Shown here one piece after another: positions 1-7,159 of a DNA stretch of 58,345 bases. Source of the DNA: a virus (taxonomy: Duplodnaviria; Caudoviricetes); the IMG/VR virus record IMGVR_UViG_3300003937_000384, positions 1 to 58,345 of that record; one strand, 5' to 3'. The position numbers were made by a program, and so were the translations under genes. Numbering within the stretch: the first letter of the stretch is position 1; each line of letters opens with the position of its first letter. Under the pieces are notes generated by a model, which had not been told where the DNA came from, ran no database searches, and worked only from the letters and a program-made list of their open reading frames with translations.

Positions 1-156
1 CTACAGGCCAATCGACAGCAGCTTCTCCTTGCCCACGATGCGGTACTTCCAGCGCCCGCTGCGTGCATCGGGCGGGGTGAGGTAGAGGTACAGGCCGCCG
101 CCGTCGGTGATCTTCTGCGACTTGGCGCGCCTGATGGCTGCGTCGGTCAGAGGCAT
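1..156 (-). pseudogene. Truncated P4-type tyrosine integrase (arm-binding N-terminus only)
   Basis: ATG at 156 gives MPLTDAAIRRAK..DGGGLYL..RWKYRIVGKEKLLSIGL, then TAG at 1-3. This is the typical N-terminus of P4/IntA integrases, with a stop where YP normally follows. Confidence 0.75.
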
Positions 157-253
157 TGGGGGTATCGCTTCAGTGGGTGCGGTCGGATACCCCTTGATAT
201 ACCCCCACCGTCTCATGGATTGAAACGGATTGCCCCGGTCTGCTGCGGACAAT

Positions 254-294
254 AAAAAAGCCCGGAAACCCTTGTGATGCGGGGGGGCGGGCTT
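254..294 (-). terminator. Intrinsic terminator downstream of the displaced ssrA 3' fragment
   Basis: AAGCCCG (258-264) / CGGGCTT (288-294) stem; the A-tract at 254-259 is a U-tract on the minus strand. Confidence 0.55.
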
Positions 295-317
295 CTCCGG
301 TCCTTGACGAACCGTTC

Positions 318-336
318 GTTGGTTGAGGTGGGCGGA
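318..336 (-). repeat. att direct repeat (copy of the ssrA 3' end)
   Basis: GTTGGTTGAGGTGGGCGGA matches GTTGGTGGAGGTGGGCGGA at 12806-12824 at 18/19 positions. Confidence 0.88.
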
Positions 337-402
337 GCCATTTGCGCCCATTTGCAACCTATTGAAAGCAAAAGATATTTTTCTTCCAAAAGGTGTAAAT
401 TT

Positions 403-421
403 TGATGCCTCTGATGATACC
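403..421. promoter_or_regulatory. Putative integrase arm-type sites (left end)
   Basis: TGATGCC (403) and TGATACC (415) lie 12 bp apart. The same motif and spacing recur at 12706/12718 near the other end. Confidence 0.5.
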
Positions 422-465
422 CGGCATGGGGCCGAGGTGCAAAGCACAACTGCTTAGGAGCAGTT

Positions 466-1047
466 GTGCGCATTGCATCGGTGATGGTGGTGTTGACCAT
501 TTGGCTTGGAGCGTGTGGTGAGGCCGTGGCGCAGGCCGGTTCAGTTCCGCCCGCCGGAACCAAACAGGGTTGGGAGCGCCAGCATCTGGGCGACCATGTC
601 AGCGAACCCGGCGAGGCTTTACCGGACTTCCTCCGGCGCACCGGGCGAGTGCTTCATGACTACACCCGCCAGAGCGGGAACGAGGCCTGTGGCGCGATTG
701 CCAGCGACGGCCAGCGTTTTTCCCTGCGCCTCTACACAGATGGTGTGCCACACGGCTGTGCCATACGGACCAGCGAGGTGATGGAAGGTTCTGCTTTCAC
801 CGGCGAAACCATCCACAGCCATCCTTGGCAGAAGGTGCTGACGATGACACCGGCCGCCAGGGCGTGGAGCCATTTCTACAAGGACGGCAATGCCGGGGCC
901 CCGACCCTGCGCAACGACGGAGCAGTAGGGTTTAGCAGAGCCGACCGCGCTAACGGAGACGGTTGGCTGATTGCTGGCGGGCAGTTGCTGCATCTGGTCA
1001 ACGGAAAGACCGAGCGCCTTGGCCCGGTCTTCCTCTCCACGGAGTGA
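466..1047 (+). CDS. Exported protein with JAB/MPN-like (DUF4329-like) metal-binding motifs
   Basis: N-terminal signal peptide; NEACGAI ... IHSHP ... FSRAD gives an E / HxH / SxxD pattern. Confidence 0.6.
   Translation: MRIASVMVVLTIWLGACGEAVAQAGSVPPAGTKQGWERQHLGDHVSEPGEALPDFLRRTGRVLHDYTRQSGNEACGAIASDGQRFSLRLYTDGVPHGCAIRTSEVMEGSAFTGETIHSHPWQKVLTMTPAARAWSHFYKDGNAGAPTLRNDGAVGFSRADRANGDGWLIAGGQLLHLVNGKTERLGPVFLSTE
1014..1047 (+). repeat. 34-bp direct repeat, copy 1
   Basis: 31/34 identical to 1203-1236; includes the stop codon of 466..1047. Confidence 0.9.
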
Positions 1048-1061
1048 TGCAGGTCGATGGC

Positions 1062-1089
1062 TTGACAACGCCTTGAGCTGCCTTAGATT
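1062..1089 (+). promoter_or_regulatory. sigma70 promoter driving the solitary CRISPR-repeat RNA
   Basis: TTGACA (1062-1067), 16-nt spacer, TAGATT (1084-1089); predicted start ~1096. Confidence 0.7.
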
Positions 1090-1102
1090 TGGAACGTCGG
1101 CA

Positions 1103-1130
1103 GTTCACTGCCCTATGGGCAGCTTAGAAA
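1103..1130 (+). CRISPR. Solitary type I-F CRISPR repeat unit (not an array)
   Basis: GTTCACTGCCCTATGGGCAGCTTAGAAA, 28 nt. It differs from the canonical I-F repeat GTTCACTGCCGTACAGGCAGCTTAGAAA at only 3 loop positions; the CTGCC/GGCAG stem and CTTAGAAA handle are intact. Confidence 0.88.
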
Positions 1131-1159
1131 AAAGAGAAATTGCTTTGCCCGCCGATACC

Positions 1160-1194
1160 CAAAGCCCTCGCTCACGCGGGGGCTTTGCTTTTTT
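1160..1194 (+). terminator. Intrinsic terminator
   Basis: CAAAGCCCTCGC-tcac-GCGGGGGCTTTG followed by CTTTTTT. Confidence 0.85.
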
Positions 1195-1202
1195 GGCTTG
1201 GC

Positions 1203-1236
1203 GCGGCTTGGCCTGGTCTCCCTCTCCACGGAGTGA
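1203..1236 (+). repeat. 34-bp direct repeat, copy 2
   Basis: 31/34 identical to 1014-1047. Confidence 0.9.
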
Positions 1237-1248
1237 ACCAATGGCCGT

Positions 1249-2988
1249 TTACTGGCATTGGAACTCGAAGGCTGACCAGTCCGATGCGCCCACGGTTTGC
1301 CAGTAGAACGCCGAGCCATTCCCGACCACATCACAGGCGCACTCTGTTGGCCAATTGACTGGTCCGGTGCTTGGGGAACCAAATCCAGGCATTGGAGTCA
1401 GTTTCTGTTTAAGTGCGGCGACGCAGGTCCGGCGCTCTGGCGTCAATGTCTGTTCTTGAGGCCTCGCGAGGCCGCCCGAAAACGTCGCGTCATCGTTGGT
1501 ATTAACGCTCTGCGTGCAGTGAAATTGGTCAGCGAGGAACTGCGACACCGAGCAGAACACGCCCCAGCCGTAAAGCCCACCGTCGCCCCAGGAAATCCAC
1601 GATTTTCCGGTGTAGGTCGGATAGGTTCTTGCCGGAGGCGTGCAGGTGTTGGAGGTGGTAACCCAGCCACTGGATGCCGTGTAGGTGCCACTCCAGCTCT
1701 CTGAGGTGCTCGACACCGGGGACCCGGTCGCGGCCGGGCAGGACCAGGACGTGGTGCGCGTGCCGTTCTCAACGCGGTTGCGTTGTTGCCAGTGCTGACC
1801 TGCCTGCCCAGCCGGGCAACCCACGTTCTGGCTCTCTGCTGGCGAGGCGCGCGTGATTGCAACGCTGGTTGGCGGCGCAGACGTGCATGCGGGAGCACAG
1901 ATACTCGCTGCTGCCGGTAACCAGGCTGACCATGGTCCCGTCAGCGCGATTGGGCTTGCGAACGGGTCGGGGCATGAATACGTCGTAGTGCGGGTGCGGG
2001 TCTGCGGAAAAGAAGTGGCGCCACTGATGGTGAGAGTGCCTGAAGGACAAACGCCCGTTTGCGCCGCGCTTTCGCTCAACGGTAATGGCGCTGAGCAGGC
2101 GGGTGTGATGACGGGAGGGACAATAGGAAGAGTGACGGCGGGTGGCGCCGGTGGTGCGGTTGGAATTGGAGGTTGAGCGGCGATTGGCACGCATAACGCC
2201 AGCGGAGACCAGCAAGCAGGAGCAGCTACCGAATTCCAAATAAACGAACACGTTTGACCCGCAGGTGCCGTTCCTGTGGCTGGAGCCGTGGGAGCCGCTC
2301 CGCAGCCAGGAGATGGAGCAGGTGGAGTAACAGCTACGGGCGGTGGCGCCACCACCGGGGCCGGTGGTGGCGGAGCTGATGTTGGAGGGGGCGGTGGCAG
2401 TGCAACGGGTGTGAGAACTTGCGCAGACAGGCCAGTAGCGCCGCCGTAGTATGTGAACGCGAGCCGTGCTGGATTCCTGCATCGTTGAGTCGCGGCCTGG
2501 ATGTCCAATTGGGTCGGACGATGATTATTGCCGCGATTGAAGACCGATGTGTCGTCTATTTTGAGGTCATACATGCCTCCACTCGCCGCAGCAGCTAGCT
2601 TTAGGCACGCACGCGTTGGAACCGCGTGGTAAACAATCTTCAACCCTGCGTTGGGGCGGCCATCAATAGTGGCAGGCTCAAGAATAACGGGTTGCGCCCA
2701 TCGGCTCGTTAGGCCAACGCCAGAGTTCATTGAAACGGGTGGAACGCGGTCGGCAATAGCCTGAGCGGTTGTCAGTCCCGCATAGGAGCCGAGCGCTCCA
2801 TACGTCATGTCTGCATTGCGAGCGATGGTGTGAATATTCGCTTGTTCTGCGCGAACATCTGCGTTGTTTGCCGATGAATGATAGATAGCGAAAGCCGCAC
2901 CGGAAAGAAGTGTCATAGCACTCGCCGTAAACATCAGCTCGATCAATGAGATGCCACGTTGCGGATGTGGGCGGCTTGATGGCTTCAT
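1249..2988 (-). CDS. Type IV prepilin-like protein: PilS-like pilin domain, Pro-rich linker, Cys-rich adhesin-like C-terminus
   Basis: Class III signal QRG|ISLIEL followed by a hydrophobic helix and a pilin head (..VPTRACLKLA..). Then a long PPPP stretch and repeated CPxG..R..SCP..W..W..C units. Confidence 0.75.
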   Translation of the reverse strand: MKPSSRPHPQRGISLIELMFTASAMTLLSGAAFAIYHSSANNADVRAEQANIHTIARNADMTYGALGSYAGLTTAQAIADRVPPVSMNSGVGLTSRWAQPVILEPATIDGRPNAGLKIVYHAVPTRACLKLAAAASGGMYDLKIDDTSVFNRGNNHRPTQLDIQAATQRCRNPARLAFTYYGGATGLSAQVLTPVALPPPPPTSAPPPPAPVVAPPPVAVTPPAPSPGCGAAPTAPATGTAPAGQTCSFIWNSVAAPACWSPLALCVPIAAQPPIPTAPPAPPAVTLPIVPPVITPACSAPLPLSESAAQTGVCPSGTLTISGATSFPQTRTRTTTYSCPDPFASPIALTGPWSAWLPAAASICAPACTSAPPTSVAITRASPAESQNVGCPAGQAGQHWQQRNRVENGTRTTSWSCPAATGSPVSSTSESWSGTYTASSGWVTTSNTCTPPARTYPTYTGKSWISWGDGGLYGWGVFCSVSQFLADQFHCTQSVNTNDDATFSGGLARPQEQTLTPERRTCVAALKQKLTPMPGFGSPSTGPVNWPTECACDVVGNGSAFYWQTVGASDWSAFEFQCQ

Positions 2989-2990
2989 GG

Positions 2991-3320
2991 TTAGCGCTTC
3001 TTTGCGCGGGATGCTTCTCGCTCGGCTAGATGCATTCGCCCGCGCGTGCGCATCTCATTTCGTTGTTGAACGAAGGCCGGCTTTGAGATCTGCTCTCGAT
3101 ACCCAAGTAGTAGGCCAACAAGCTCAGTCTCATCCAGTGAATCAGCCCCAGCGGCGATGACCGCGCCGCCCAGGAGAATCTTGCGGTGCGCGTCTGCTTT
3201 GCGTTCGCTAGCTCTTGTCTTTGCTTTTGATCTTTGCTCGGCCAGCATCTCCCGTGCTTTCAATTTTGCGAGACGCTCAGTAGCGGCGGTGATTTGTTCT
3301 TGTATAGAGCGTGTTGCCAT
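2991..3320 (-). CDS. Mobilization accessory protein (TraD/MobS-like)
   Basis: MATRSIQEQI..ERKADAHRKILLGGAVIA motif; divergent from the relaxase across oriT. Start moved to the ATG at 3320. Confidence 0.75.
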   Translation of the reverse strand: MATRSIQEQITAATERLAKLKAREMLAEQRSKAKTRASERKADAHRKILLGGAVIAAGADSLDETELVGLLLGYREQISKPAFVQQRNEMRTRGRMHLAEREASRAKKR

Positions 3321-3530
3321 TGTTGAGTTCTCGTAATGTCCTACACCTAATGCAAACAGAAAATCGGCTATTGGCAAGTCATCGACTTGTCATATTGCAA
3401 TTCCCTGTCATCCTGAATTAGAGGGGCACAGGCGAGCGAGAGCGAGCCAGCCCCAGCGGGAAACGCGAGCGAAGCGAGCCCCGGTCTCTTGCTCGAAGCC
3501 GTCACGAATAGTGGCGGCAAGGATCAAAGC

Positions 3531-3563
3531 AAGAGCGCACTTATGGTTTCCCTGCGGGAAACC
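3531..3563 (-). promoter_or_regulatory. oriT, MOBQ type
   Basis: The minus strand reads GGTTTCCC-gca-GGGAAACC-ATAAGTGCG^CTCT: an inverted repeat plus an RSF1010/pSC101-like nic motif. Predicted nick between 3536 and 3535. Confidence 0.85.
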
Positions 3564-3674
3564 GTGCGCCGGGGCTCCGCCCCAGACCCCGGCCCGCTTC
3601 GCAGGCCGCCCCCGATGCTAGCCCCCTCGGGGGCGTCGCCAAAAACAAGAGCAGGAGCAAGGACAAAAATCGAA

Positions 3675-5396
3675 ATGGCCATTTATCACGCCACCGTCAA
3701 AGCCTTTTCGCGCGGCAAGGGTCATTCCTCTACTGCCGCTGCGGCGTATCGTGCGGGCATTGTGATTAATGACGAATTGACCGGTATCAAACACGACTAC
3801 ACAAGGCGCAGTGGCGTTGCCTCGGTTGATATGTTGGCCCCGCAAAATGCCCCCGAATGGGCGCGAGATCCGGTCGCCTGTTTCAATCGCTCGGAAATGG
3901 CCGAGACCCGGCTAAACGCCAGGACGGCGCGAGAGCTTGAAGTTGCTCTGCCTGCAGAACTGAACGAAGCGCAGCGTCGTGCGCTCGCGTGCGACTTGGG
4001 TCAGATGTTGGTTGACCGCTATCAGGTTGCGGTGCTTGTTGCAGTCCATGAGCCCGATAAGAAAGGGGATGAGCGCAATCACCATGTGCATCTCCTTATG
4101 ACGCCTCGTCAGATCGGTCCTGATGGCCTGGGTGAACGTGCATGTGCTGAATTTGATGCGCGTGGTGGCGCAGGACCGGAGGCTATCCGCATTCTTCGTG
4201 AGGCGGTGGCTGACCGTATCAATTCGCATCTGGAACGAGCACAGGTCGCTGAACGTGTTGATCATCGCAGCCTAGCTAAGCAAGCACATGCCGCCGAAGC
4301 TGATGGCTATATCGGGTTCGCAGCCATGCTGGCTCGCGAAGCCACCCAGCACGAGGGTAAGGCAGCAACCGCGATGCGTAGGAGGGGTGAAGATAGCGAG
4401 CGGGCCACGGTAAATAACCAGATCCAAAACGCCAATCGCATTGAACTGCGTGACTACCTGGAACGCTTGGAGCAAGAGGGAAGGGTGATGGCGACGCCAC
4501 GCTCCCATACGCAAGAAGCAGCTCAACGTGAGCGGCTTGCAGCTGTTGGCAAAGAAGAGCGGCAACCGCACCTCGGGCAGGTCGCGCTGGCGCCGCCACG
4601 AGCACGAAAAAGGCCAGCATCAGTAGAGCAGCGAGCTGCACGAGTGGGGTCTGCCGCATCGCGCTTTCCGCCAAGTCTCAAGCCAGTATTGATGAAGGCG
4701 GCTAGGCGTCTTCGTAGCAAGATTGCGAACAAGCAAGCAGACGAGGCCATGGCTCGTTACGACGCTGAAATAGAGCAGCTGGAGATGGAAGCGAGACGGG
4801 TTTGGCTGGAGGATATAGATGCTGCCGTTCGGCAAAGTCTTTCGACGGTCGCCAAGCTCTTTGACATGTCGAGCAGGGCGGGCGCCTACCCCCACAGGGC
4901 GTCATATCGAAACGATATGCGCGAGCTTCACAGTTCATTGAAGCAGGTGGCTCGTGACGCCACTCGATGGGAGCGCAGGCTACAAGCCGAAGTTAAGGCA
5001 AACATTTCACTCACGGAAGCCCAAATGAAATTGGTGACATGGGAGAGGAAAAATCCCAAGCCGTCGCTCTGGAGCGGTAGCAGGCGCGATTGGGCGCAGC
5101 GGCGTCGGAGTGGCGAAGAGCGCATTGAGCGGCGCAGGACGCGGCACGATGCTGCGCGTCTAGCTACAGGCCCGGAAGCACAGGTGAAGTATGCGGCGCA
5201 GGCAGCTACGAGTGTAGAAGCTTTGGATAGGCTCGCAGCATCAATGCTGAAGCGCTATCCAATCACTGCTGATACAGCACAGCCGCACAAATCGCAGTGT
5301 TCTGGAACTACCCCAACGCGCACGCTTACGGAACAACTGAACGATAGCGAGTTGGAGAAAAAGGACCAAAGAAGATGTCGCGGACCTCGCGTCTGA
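3675..5396 (+). CDS. mobA: MobA/MobL-family (MOBQ) relaxase
   Basis: MAIYHATVK, AAAAYR (catalytic Tyr), ARELEVALP, and the HUH triad HE..N-HHVHLL. Start at ATG 3675. Confidence 0.92.
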   Translation: MAIYHATVKAFSRGKGHSSTAAAAYRAGIVINDELTGIKHDYTRRSGVASVDMLAPQNAPEWARDPVACFNRSEMAETRLNARTARELEVALPAELNEAQRRALACDLGQMLVDRYQVAVLVAVHEPDKKGDERNHHVHLLMTPRQIGPDGLGERACAEFDARGGAGPEAIRILREAVADRINSHLERAQVAERVDHRSLAKQAHAAEADGYIGFAAMLAREATQHEGKAATAMRRRGEDSERATVNNQIQNANRIELRDYLERLEQEGRVMATPRSHTQEAAQRERLAAVGKEERQPHLGQVALAPPRARKRPASVEQRAARVGSAASRFPPSLKPVLMKAARRLRSKIANKQADEAMARYDAEIEQLEMEARRVWLEDIDAAVRQSLSTVAKLFDMSSRAGAYPHRASYRNDMRELHSSLKQVARDATRWERRLQAEVKANISLTEAQMKLVTWERKNPKPSLWSGSRRDWAQRRRSGEERIERRRTRHDAARLATGPEAQVKYAAQAATSVEALDRLAASMLKRYPITADTAQPHKSQCSGTTPTRTLTEQLNDSELEKKDQRRCRGPRV

Positions 5397-5402
5397 AGCT
5401 AG

Positions 5403-5439
5403 AAAAACAATGCCCCCGAATATTCTTCGGGGGGCATTG
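5403..5439. terminator. Hairpin terminator after mobA (U-tract on the minus strand)
   Basis: CAATGCCCCCGAA / TTCGGGGGGCATTG, preceded by AAAAA. Confidence 0.7.
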
Positions 5440-5470
5440 ACAGAATTGGCGTTGGCCTCATGCTGTTTTT

Positions 5471-6240
5471 TAGCGGCAGCGCGTTGATAACAGCAACGGC
5501 TGCGAGTAGGTAGAAAGCAGCTCTACACACCCAGGCATCGGCCCCAAGCAACAACATAGCCGACATCGGGAAGAGCGCAACCCCTCGCAACCCAGCTGGA
5601 ACCAATGGCTATCGCACGGAGGTCCGATTAGTTCGCGCCCGGTGACAATCCGGGGCTATCCATCTCCTACGGATAGCGGCCTTAAACCGTGGAGGAATAC
5701 GTCCACATCCGGCAGCATGGCTTCTGCGTCGCGGAGGTTCCAAGGCATGGGTTCCCTAGCTGGCCTTGGATTGTGTGCCCCGTCTCGGGTCGGCCATGTA
5801 TGCGAAGGGCAAGATTGGAGAGCGTCAGGCGACAGCCTGATCACGGGGCAAAGCCCATGGGAGAGACGCCAGTGAATGCTGGTGGCAGGACCCCAGCCCC
5901 GGCGCCATGTCAGGCGTGAACCTGCCGCAGCTGTGTATTGACAGTGATCACAGCGCCGACGATGGTCCTCTGCCTAGGCAAGAGTAGGCCGGCCCGGCAA
6001 AGGTCCCCAGGCTCGCTTATTGCGGGTTGGGGGAGACTTTGCCTCGGTCGGTCGGCGGTTAGAAGCAAAGACCGAGGCAAAACAGCGGGCCCATAGTGTC
6101 CTGAGTCAGCAGGAAGATGTGTCCTGAATCGGGGGCGGAGGTGGCCTTGTCCGTAAAGGAGCACTTGGAGTTCTACAGCAGAAAAACGGAGCGGACCGAA
6201 AATTTCCGGGCGCCGACGAATGTTTTAATGTTCGGTCAAA
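5471..6240 (+). ncRNA. Candidate large structured non-coding RNA (boundaries approximate)
   Basis: No convincing ORF; more than 15 helices including nested multiloops; G-U pairs favour the + strand; upstream TTGACA-16-CATGCT (5437-5464). Confidence 0.55.
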
Positions 6241-6246
6241 GGCACA

Positions 6247-6657
6247 TCAGATTTGACCCCAAGGAAGGAAGAAGCGTGGTCCTACCTTTAGGCCGCGAAT
6301 TCGAGCTTGCCAGTCACTGATCTGTTTTATGAAGCTATCGACGGGATGCGCCGAGTGCTTACATGCTGCTATGGAATTTAGAAGCTCATTGCTAACTTGC
6401 ATCAAGGAAATTCCGGCGCCCTTGTGCTTGAGAAGGAAGAGCTCGGATGCTATCAGGTGAAGTTCTTCACTCTTATCTGAACTGATGATCTGTGTGTTAC
6501 TGGCATCGCCCATGTAGTTGATTGATCGAATAGCTCGAAGTGCCTCGTATTTCAGCGCATTGAACTTTGAGAGCTTGGCCATCAGCAAGCCCGAGTAGTA
6601 TCCAGCGGCCGTGCCGGGAATCAATGCCATCAGGAGGTCGTAGGCGAGGCTTGTCAT
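6247..6657 (-). CDS. Hypothetical protein with N-terminal hydrophobic segment
   Basis: Clean ORF, lower GC than its neighbours, downstream of the XRE gene. Confidence 0.65.
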   Translation of the reverse strand: MTSLAYDLLMALIPGTAAGYYSGLLMAKLSKFNALKYEALRAIRSINYMGDASNTQIISSDKSEELHLIASELFLLKHKGAGISLMQVSNELLNSIAACKHSAHPVDSFIKQISDWQARIRGLKVGPRFFLPWGQI

Positions 6658-6719
6658 TAGGGTCTTCCTTGCTGGCACCTAGGCATAGCGTAGGAAGTCG
6701 CTAGGCCGTTCGGTGCGCG

Positions 6720-7079
6720 TCACTTGCTAGCGGGGGCGAGGCTTTTTAGAAGCGCCAGTGCTTCTTTCTGTTTTCGGGCATCAAGCTGTGTCAGCACCAA
6801 GATTGCCTCCGCAACCACGTCAGAGGCAGCAAGGAAGTAAGCGGCTGGGAGATCCAGAAGCTCCGCGAGCTTCTCAATGGTCTCCAGATCAGGCTTATGA
6901 AGGCCCCTCTCATACCTGCTGATGCGGGGCGCAGTGGTGTTTGGGTCATCCACTCCCATCAATAGTTCCCCTAGCTGGGCCTGAGTCCAGCCCTTGGCTG
7001 CGCGTGCGGCGCGGAGGCGTTGGCCAAGAGCAGTGGTTGTTGGTAACGGCGCGGGCATTCGGGGCAGCAAGAAGGGCAT
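6720..7079 (-). CDS. XRE-family HTH transcriptional regulator
   Basis: LGQRLRAARAAKGWTQAQLG..ISRYERGLHKPD. Confidence 0.88.
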   Translation of the reverse strand: MPFLLPRMPAPLPTTTALGQRLRAARAAKGWTQAQLGELLMGVDDPNTTAPRISRYERGLHKPDLETIEKLAELLDLPAAYFLAASDVVAEAILVLTQLDARKQKEALALLKSLAPASK

Positions 7080-7159
7080 TGACTACCCGAAGTGTGCCCG
7101 CCTAAGCTTAGCCGGTCATTTGCATTGAACGCAAATATTCGTTGGGCGAGGAGGTGGTT

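Larger units (their letters stand above)
1096..1194 (+). ncRNA. Predicted ~100-nt small RNA carrying one I-F repeat, a pseudo-spacer and a terminator hairpin (candidate Racr / crRNA-like RNA)
   Basis: Promoter, repeat and terminator are colinear, with no plausible CDS between them. Confidence 0.65.

Noticed and set aside
157-447. N-terminal extension of ORF 1..447
   Set aside because: It runs through the att site and terminator; the integrase-like sequence begins only at ATG 156.
1131-1162. Pseudo-spacer targeting the neighbouring prophage or the island's oriT
   Set aside because: No convincing match found by eye (only short scattered similarity near 3513-3532); a proper alignment is needed.
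1103-1250. A full CRISPR array
   Set aside because: Only one repeat copy is visible; the position expected for a second repeat holds a terminator hairpin, and there are no cas genes in the window.
5471-6240. Group II intron or RNase P RNA identity for the structured region
   Set aside because: No domain V catalytic hairpin recognised; GGAGGAATACGTCC only loosely resembles the RNase P GAGGAAAGTCC and lacks a matching 3' P4 strand.
5399-6320. Short ORFs in the structured gap (including hydrophobic 5399..5605 as a type I toxin)
   Set aside because: No recognisable motifs, overlapping on both strands, and 5399..5605 runs through a terminator hairpin. Not excluded, but unsupported.
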